A stretch of DNA of 64,000 bases from Hormiphora californensis. Taxonomy: Eukaryota; Animalia; Ctenophora. Where the stretch lies: assembly GCA_020137815.1 (NCBI GenBank), contig CM035356.1:7006001-7070000 (forward strand), read 5' to 3'. The notes beneath the pieces were generated by a model. The model made no database searches. It worked only from the letters and a program-made list of their open reading frames with translations, and had not been told where the DNA came from. Made by a program: the position numbers and the translations under genes. Below are positions 54,914-64,000 of the stretch, piece by piece. How positions within the stretch are numbered: position 1 is the stretch's first letter; every line of letters begins with the position of its first letter.

Positions 54914-55152
54914 TAAAGTAAGGGTTTTAGGGAGTCTCTTTCTATCATGACCTTTCTCTTCTATCTCGCTCTTGATCTCTAACTTGCGCTTCATTCTCTT
55001 TTTCTCTCCATCTCTCTCCATCTCTCTCCATCTCTCTCCAATTCTCCATCTCTCTCTCTTTCTCTTTCCAATCTAGGATGAACTCAAAGTTCTTATGTTT
55101 TGGGTATGTATCAACCGCTACTTAGTATACTTTTCTAATCACTACCCTCCCC

Positions 55153-55224
55153 TTGGTGACATAGACACCGTGCGCGACCAAGATCGAGCTCGATCTCGCA
55201 CGCACTAGGTGTCAATGTCACCAA
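55153..55224. mobile_element. ~70-bp hairpin micro-MITE, copy 2
   Basis: Same TIR; exact 9-bp TSD ACCCTCCCC. Confidence 0.8.
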
Positions 55225-56403
55225 ACCCTCCCCTTGCACGACCTTGCTACCCTACCCCTCCCCTTATCTTAACCACCCCAATATCTCTTGTGTGATGTAA
55301 GTGGTGTAATAGTGGTCTTTCCTCCTGCTGACAGTATAATAGCCCCTACTTGTGGTAGCATGATTCCCCTCTCTTGTCAATCCCAGCTCACACACCAGCT
55401 TCCTCTACATGAGCAGAGGTAGAGTCGTGTGTAAGCTGGACTATTCCCCAGCTCCCTTTCTCACACATGTCTCTACCTAGGAGGCAGAAAAGCGAAATAA
55501 AATCGACGAGCTGCGGGATCTCCACAAGAATCCTGCGTACGAGAAACACGAGGAGAATAATAACAGTAACCGGCCGACTAGGAGGGGTGCCATTATAGAC
55601 ATTGTCTGATTCAGGGGGATGAGGGATTAATCATATAATTGGTGAGGGAGCCATTATTTGTAGGAGACATGTCAGACGACTACGTCCAGTCTCTACATGA
55701 AAGGACTGAAAAAAGGAGCGGTCGAACGTATGGTTTTGGCGTTGCAGTGACATTGTTGAATGTGTATCGGGGGTTGGGGAGGAATTGTATTTTTTGTTTA
55801 TGTTTTTGAAACAAAAAAGGTGTTATTTAACGATTAAATTATCGATGAAACCTAACGTCACGTATCAGACATATATCACGCATCGATAACAGATAGTATG
55901 GAATGTTTGTCACAGGCCTTCCTGGAAATTTAAATCTAAAGATTTCTAGGCGCATTGAGACTTGGCCTTTTTCAAATTTGACTCCATAAAGCCATTATCC
56001 TTATGGGAGGAGGAATTCGGGAGTAGCTCCTGGATAGTGGATCTTATCCATAGCATGCTAATATGCTATCAGTAGTATGAGTGTTTAGTTTCTCTTTTAC
56101 TTTCCAGTTTTATTATCCACCCATTTTGCAGCAGCATGGGTTGATCCCAAAATTAAATTGATCCTTTGTTCTAACTGCAAAGATTGGTGGAATCTCATTG
56201 TGAGTGTGCAGTTTGGGTTTGTGGCTCCGTGGCCGCGGCGACTCAAGTCTAGTAAAAATTAGGTTTAACTTGCATAAACACTGCTACAGAAGCATAAACT
56301 ATCGATTTCATATCAATTTCAAAAGAAATTAATATCGGATATCACATGTTACGTCTGGATAGTATTCACCATATATCAGGAGCTCTCCACTTCGCCAGTC
56401 ACT

Positions 56404-56533
<130 letters not shown>

Positions 56534-56543
56534 TCTCCCTCTC

Positions 56544-56587
<44 letters not shown>

Positions 56588-57788
56588 CGTCTGCTACAGT
56601 CTAGATGCCTCTAAAATACGGAGGGTACTTACTACAGCCTACGTCCACGCATATTGTCCCCCATCTCTCACACAGTCCCTAGCCCTCCACGACTATAGGG
56701 GTGTTACACTATATTGCTGGGCTGCACCTATAACTTGTGATTGCGATATGCTTTGTTACTGTGTTAGTTGTGCTGTTGCACCTCCCCATAGTATGAACAA
56801 TACAATGTGTTAGTTAATCAGCCCCACCCTAATCAGAGGGTTTTGATAAAAGCAGCGACTGTAGTAGTAGTTGATACTGCAGATCACCACTATGCAGATT
56901 TCAGTCATCAGTGCCTGCAGGTCACTCTCCAGCTGCAGGATCTGCAGCAGTTGATCCCAGTACATACACTTTAATACACCAAAAGTGGACACAGCGATAT
57001 GTTTTATATGCTTCTTTTCTTCGATTAGTAATCTTAGACGATAATCGTGAATTAATAGTTTTCCAAACCACTGTGTTCACTGTTGAGACCCCCAACTGAG
57101 GGGAGCTATATTTCAGAAGGAGCGTCTGCTTCAATATAGAACAAGCAGCAAATTGCTTGATCAGATCAGCATGAGAGAGACTAATGATACCTATGTCATC
57201 TTTATTTCCAAATTCCTTGTCCCTGTGGCCTGTTATGATACTATAGGAACTACAATAATAGATTCATATTGAACTCAAAATTATTATAATTCAACTTGCG
57301 CAGACCCGCGTACTGCTTGACATATATCTTTGCCAATGAAGTTGTTTGTAACACTGTTAGTGAGAGAACAGCATGAGTGGTAATTTGTTAAGTAAAGGGT
57401 GGGACACAATTGTAGGGGAGTTGGTTATTGTGCAGTGTCGCCACAAACAGCCCTTGCATTCAATCCTTTGCATGATACTTGTCAAGTGTGAACCTGGACT
57501 GTCAGAGCATAATTGGCCTCACAGAACCTGGAGGTACCTAGCGATTGTTAACGAGTCATGGGACAAGATGTTTATTGTCCTGGATCTCCGCCAGAAGTCG
57601 AATTCATGAGAGTTGAAGTTACATTATTCATTTGTTGGTAGTAATAGTGTTGGATATAGCATCACTGCATCAACTTTCTATTAGGGGAGCGACTGTTGGT
57701 GTGTGAGTGATGGATTAGGTATAATGCACACAAACTATTCTCTCCCTTCTCTCTCTCTCTCTCTCTCCCTCTCTCTCTCTCTCTCACT

Positions 57789-57912
<124 letters not shown>

Positions 57913-59010
57913 ATGTCGTCCGCCCTATTGTTTGCCTGATATAGCATTTGCTTCTCTCGCAGCGACAACTCTTACTCAATTCTCTGTCATTCATTCTCAG
58001 CTCTCACTACTTCTCTTGGTCAAGCACTTCTGCTCTCTTTGTTTCTACACGAGCAATTGACTCAGTAGGAGAAATCCTTCTAGACTGCTTTGAAATATGC
58101 AATTTTAGTGCCTAGTTTCACTTTCACATGCAATTTTCCATTCTTGATCTTTCTATTCTGCTTTGAGTTCGGAGTTTTGGCAATATTTTAGTATGTTGTC
58201 TTGTTTGATTGAACATGAAATTTGTGCTTGAGGTGGTGCAGAACTGAAAACATATAACTTGCCCTGACAAAAAAACTGACAAAATAATATGCTCTGTAGG
58301 GTACAATCAGTGGTTATACTGAACTAGTCCACTGCTAGCAAACTTTGTGCTAGTAGCTGCTTTTATAGCAGTGCAGCAGCTCGATCCCTCGAATGTCGGT
58401 ATGCCTAATCTTGGCAAACTTTGTCCTCTCTACCACCCCAACATCAGGTAAGATGCAATGTTTAGAATATTCAGGGTACTGACTATTGAGTTTGGTTTAG
58501 AATAACTTAGCATGCCACCAACTTGGCGGCCAAAGTACTGAGTTAGTGGAATATGAGTAGTATGTACTAGCAGTGAACCTAGTTGGTCTCTCATCGATCA
58601 GACGCGTTCAATGAGTACTAGCATACCAGCAGTTGCGGAGATGAGTGTTACTGCAGTGAATCACACATATAACAATTCAGCAGCTTTCTCTTTCGCATCT
58701 CAATTGAACAAACCAACATACAATGTTAAGTTGGGCAGCTGCAGATCAAGGCTGTGCCTCAGTAGCAGTGCAGCTGATATTATGATTTGCAGTTTGGATA
58801 TGATGGGTGTGAAAAATACATTTCCTGTTGCAACCCTTTGTTAAATTCAGCCAACTCTTTTTCATTACCACATGGCTCTATTACAGCTGCAGACTGCATG
58901 CATACAGGCAGCTGTATTGATTGCATTCTTTTACACCTCACATTTTATGATTCTTTTCTCACATCTTGCCAGTCGTGGGTATTGTCGCACCAATCCAGCC
59001 ACTATCTCTT

Positions 59011-59063
<53 letters not shown>

Positions 59064-59307
59064 CACAGTCACACACATGTGTTTGAATGTGAGGTTTGAT
59101 TGTTGTTTGTTGGTTTAACAGTCCTGTGTGTTATTGCATAACGACCTGCATCAGCCGATTCTACTTGCTTCTAGCCTGACTATCATACCCCCTATCATAC
59201 CTAGTAATTTGGTTTCCGTTTCATCCAGGATCCTTGTCTTTATATTTGTCTTGTTTGACGCTGTTTCCCCGAGTAGGAGCAATTTCCTCTTTTACTTCTC
59301 AGCAGTC

Positions 59308-62300
59308 ATGGCACCTTATCTGATACAAGGTCTACTTCAACTTAATTATACCACTCTTCCATCTCTGATCACACCTGATCTAACTCCCATCATGTGGTCT
59401 CTGGACGACTGAACACCTGATTTAACCCCCTCCCTCTTGCTCCTTCAGGTCTTGGACTAGTGCTCCTTTCTGTTGCGGTTGCTTTGGGGTGTGTTCTAGG
59501 GGCGATCCTAAGAGTGCTAGTACCAGTTTATCTAATGTCACGGAAACTGTCACATTTACCCGGCCCACCACGATTCAAGTAGGTGTTTAATAAATATCAA
59601 ACCGTCAATTAAATGTCTTTGTGGGACTTTAGGAACTTCATAACTACCATAATGATCTTTAATTGTACATTTTTAGTTAGAGTTTTGTCATGACAATCTG
59701 TGAGGCGTGAGCTCTAAATTCCTCCTTTCAGTTGGTTGTCGGGGCAGGGCCAGTACTTCCAGAAAGTTGTCCGGCGATCAGGCACCTATTCCACCATGTT
59801 TGACGTCTGGCTAGAGTGGTCCAAAACGTACGGACCGATATTTGCTTACCGGCACTTCCATCGACATCTTGTGCCGGTCATTTGTGGTGCAGACTCGATC
59901 AAGAAAGTTCTACATAATGTGAATAACACGAGATTTGTCTTCAAGGATAGCTTAAAGTTTTATAATGGAACAAGGTAAGAATAATTCAGAGAACTATATA
60001 TTTTATATATAGGACTCAAGATGCTGCATTATCAGGATTTGGAAACATTGTGGACTATTGTCTATTATATGGGTGCTGTTAGGGGAGCCGGGGTTGCTAG
60101 TGCAGCCAGGAGGGGGACTAGGGGGGATGGTAGGAGGGGGACGCGACTAGGGGGCTGCTAGAGGGGGGGTGGTAGGAGCTGGTTTGAGGTGTATTATAGT
60201 TCACATTCCTCCAGCACCATATGTTTCCAGACACACACCAGTCACCAGGCTGTAACGAGGTTTCAATACCTCTATAGCTACTGTGATACCACAATTACAG
60301 TGCCATCTCACAGCTCCCTAGTGTCACAATCACAATATGACGTGGGAAGCGGGGGAGTAACATTTCACAATATCTTACAGTTCCACTGCCAGATTCAGAA
60401 ACAATATACAATATATATATATATATATTGTATATACAATATACAATAGGGGGTATGTATAAACCCGGATAACCCGGATAGTCCGGATAATTGATGTTTT
60501 CGAGATATCCGGATAACCAAGCTCGGATATGGAACTCCGGATAACTCGGATAACTCGGATAAGGGTCCGGATAACTCGGATAAATGTCCGGATAACTCGG
60601 ATAAATGTCCGGATAACTCGGATAAGGGTCCGGATAACTCGGATAAGGGTCCGGATAACTCGGATAAATGTCCGGATAACTCGGATAAGGGTCCGGATAA
60701 CTCGGATAAATGTCCGGATAACTCGGATAAATGTCCGGATAACTCGGATAAGGGTCCGGATAACTCGGATAAGGGTCCGGATAACTCGGATAAATGTCCG
60801 GATAACTCGGATAAATGTCCGGATAACTCGGATAAGGGTCCGGATAACTCGGATAAGGGTCCGGATAACTCGGATAAATGTCCGGATAACTCGGATAAGG
60901 GTCCGGATAACTCGGATAAATGTCCGGATAACTCGGATAAATGTCCGGATAACTCGGATAAGGGTCCGGATAACTCGGATAAGGGTCCGGATAACTCGGA
61001 TAAATGTCCGGATAACTCGGATAAATGTCCGGATAACTCGAATAAGGGTCCGGATAACTCGGATAAATGTCCGGATAACTCGGATAAATGTCCGGATAAC
61101 TCGAATAAGGGTCCGGATAACTCGGATAAATGTCCGGATAACTTGGATAAGGGTCCGGATAACTAGGATAAATGTCCGAATAACTCGGATAAATGTCCGG
61201 ATAACTCGGATAAGGGTCCGGATAACTCGGATAAGGGTCCGGATAACTCGGATAAATGTCCGGATAACTCGGATAAGGGTCCGGATAACTCGGATAAGGG
61301 TCCGGATAACTCGGATAAATGTCCGGATAACTCGGATAAATGTCCGGATAACTCGGATAAGGGTCCGGATAACTTGGATAAGGGTCCGGATAACTCGGAT
61401 AAATGTCCGGATAACTCGGATAAGGGTCCGGATAACTCGGATAAGGGTCCGGATAACTCGGATTTGAGCTCGAATAATTCAAACCTGGCTATATTTAGGT
61501 CATTTTTGGGTTATCCAAATCAATTCTTGTTATGTTCTAACTGCAGAGTGCACGGAAAGAGGGTCGAGCAAGACAAATCCATTCTAAGCTATTTCTTTAT
61601 CATTTAGGTCAGCTATATAGACCATTTCTGGGTTATTTTTGTTTGTTGGTTTGTCCAATTGTGCGTTTCTGAAACATTCAGGTCAATTCAAGATACTTCA
61701 AGGTCTCAAAAGGCTGAAAGGCCCCCCTCCCCCCACAGAAAATGAAATTGGAGTGCCGAAAAGAGCCTATTGAGACATTAAAGTAGATATTGAATTGACA
61801 TGAATGTACCAAAAACTCACAAATTGGACAAACCAACATAAAAATAACTCAGAAATGGTCTACAGCTGACCTAAATGATATACATAGAAATAGCTTTGAA
61901 TTGATTTGCCTTGCTCGACCCTCTTTCCGTGCACTCTGCAATTAGAACATAACAAAAACTGATTTGGATAACCCAAAAATGACCTAAATATAGCTAGGTT
62001 TGAGTTATTCGAGCTCAAATTCGAGTTATCCGGACATTTATCCGAGTTATCCGGACATTTATCCGAGTTATCCGGACATTTATCCAAGTTATCCGGACAT
62101 TTATCCGAGTTATCCGGACCCTTATCCGAGTTATCCGGACATTTATCCGAGTTATCCGGATACTTATCCGAGTTATCCGGACCCTTATCCGAGTTATCCG
62201 GACCCTTATCCGAGTTATCCGGACATTTATCCGAGTTATCCGGACATGTATCCGAGTTATCCGGACCCTTATCCGAGTTATCCGGACCCTTATCCGAGTT

Positions 62301-64000
62301 ATCCGGACCCTTATCCGAGTTATCCGGACCCTTATCCGAGTTATCCGGACCCTTATCCGAGTTATCCGGACCCTTATCCGAGTTATCCGGACCCTTATCC
62401 GAGTTATCCGGATACTTATCCGAGTTATCCAAGTTATCGGGATACTTATCCGAGATATCCGAGTTATCCGGATTTCAGTATCTGAGTTATCCGGAGTCCC
62501 ATATCCGAGCTTGGTTATCCGGATATCTTGAAAACATCAATTATCCGGACTATCCGGGTTATCCGGGTTATCCGGGTTTATACATACCCCCTAATGTATA
62601 TTATACATGACACACAGTCACAGTTGCTATCGAAATCTGCAGATTATCATGTATCCCTGCTAGTATAATCATGCAAAGGGGCCGGTTGAAGGGTAACAGC
62701 TCGTCTCCGACTTCTATGCTAGTACTACAAGACATGTATCAATTCCTCAGAATGTTAGGATACAATGGGATGCTGCTCTCTCCCTATAACGATGCGTGGA
62801 GGATAAAGAAGAGCATCCTGAAACAGTTTATCAATCACAGGTATGTTATGTTCTAACCCTCTTTTACAAACACAGTCTAGCTAGGCAATCACAGGTATGT
62901 ACCTGCACCATATCACACAGAATGCGGTGTGAACTACACAGGTGTGAAGAAGAGCATCCTGAAACAGTTTATCAATCACAGGTATGTACCTGAAGAAGAG
63001 GCAACACAGTCTACTAGTCTAGCTAGGCAATCACAGGTATGTACCTGAACCATCACAGGTATGTACCTGAACCATCACAGGTATGTACCTGGACCATCAC
63101 ATAGAATGCGGTGTGAACTACTGCACAGGTAAACTACACAGGTGAACTACACAGGTGTGAACTACACAGGTGTGAACTACACAGGTGTGAACTACTGTGG
63201 TGTGAACTACACAGCTGTCATAGCGCAGGTCATAGCGCTGGTAGGGCAGGTAGTACTGTTTACTAGGTTCTTTGCCCATGTGTTATCACTCTGTCAAGTC
63301 TCTTGTTCACAAGGCTTGCTGTTGGCCTGCTGCAGGATCTCACAGTGACTACCACTTGATAATATCAAATAGAGCTTGGTACCAGACAAAAGATAGTGTA
63401 TATCAAGTTGATATACACTATCTTTTGTCTGGTACCAAGCTCTATTTGATTAGTTTGTAGTATAGTTTGGTGTGAGAGAGAGAGAGGTTTAGATCTATAT
63501 GGACGTACTTAACCAATTGTTCATATAACATGTGTAGAAAGAGTTGACCATTGTCTGGGATCCCAGTCTGATAGAGAGCTGAGAGAGAGAGAGAGAGAGA
63601 CAGAGAATAGCCACACCCGTGTCAACACCGTACAAATGAACAATGGGTCTAATTGATACGCATGTAAACCTGGGTAGATGGAAATGGTTTCCAATTTTTA
63701 GGAAACCTAGCTCTCCACCGACCACCATGTCTATCACAAATATTGTAAAGGAGAGATAACAAGAAACCAAATGACATGGCATGGTAAAATACAAAAAAAC
63801 TAAATACTAAATACCCATCTTCTTTACCAGGGCGGTCACGGAGTTTGAAAGTGACATGGTGTATGTGATTGAGAGGGCCCTTAGTAACCATGGTCACAGC
63901 GTGGCTGGGAGCATCAATACCATGGCAACGCCCTCTGGAGCCCTGGATATTGATGTTCTACCATTCATGCAGGCAGTCACTTCAGACATCCTAGGCATTG
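59308..64000 (+). CDS. Cytochrome P450, 5' part (runs off the window)
   Basis: Exons ~59308-59329, 59449-59578, 59732-59974, 62751-62840, 63831-end. N-terminal TM, LPGPP hinge, EWSKTYGPIF, C-helix WRIKK, E-helix VTSDILG. Confidence 0.85.
60447..62593. mobile_element. Foldback-type TIR element with 21-bp subterminal tandem arrays
   Basis: Ends TAGGGGGTATGTATAAACCCGGATAA and its reverse complement. Arrays of CCGGATAACTCGGATAA(GGG/ATG)T, ~43 units on the left and ~20 inverted on the right. Inner unique arms are also inverted. TSD is not convincing. Confidence 0.88.
63364..63450. repeat. Perfect 87-bp palindrome
   Basis: 43-bp arms with a 1-nt loop (G63407). Confidence 0.95.

Noticed and set aside
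60295-62485. Long ORFs of heptad repeats (YPSYPDP, RITRIRV, PDNSDKG), superficially like the RNA Pol II CTD or a CRISPR array
   Set aside because: They are translations of a 21-bp DNA repeat that is open in several frames on both strands inside a TIR element. There are no unique spacers and no cas genes.

Overview
Eukaryotic (animal) genomic DNA with short GT-AG introns and many (GA)n/(CT)n microsatellites; a non-bilaterian such as a ctenophore is a guess only. Genes reconstructed by hand from exons: cathepsin B, a BTB-BACK-Kelch protein, an UNC93/MFSD11-like MFS transporter, a GPI-anchored Ly6/uPAR-like protein, an SV2/SVOP-like MFS transporter, a Salvador-like SARAH protein, AKTIP, FAM166/CIMIP2, a Sushi+Ig membrane protein and the 5' part of a cytochrome P450. 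The richest signal is the mobile DNA. A 3.4-kb element with Polinton/Maverick-type ends (AGTAGT termini, ~580-bp TIRs, 6-bp TSD) interrupts the last exon of cathepsin B. A head-to-tail trimer of mini-Helitrons carries RFX X-boxes. Two Penelope fragments carry minimal hammerhead ribozyme motifs, and an intact ORF1-only LINE derivative lacks RT. There are also several MITE families. Most ORFs in the supplied track are microsatellite or antisense artefacts. Exon boundaries are manual predictions without transcript support.
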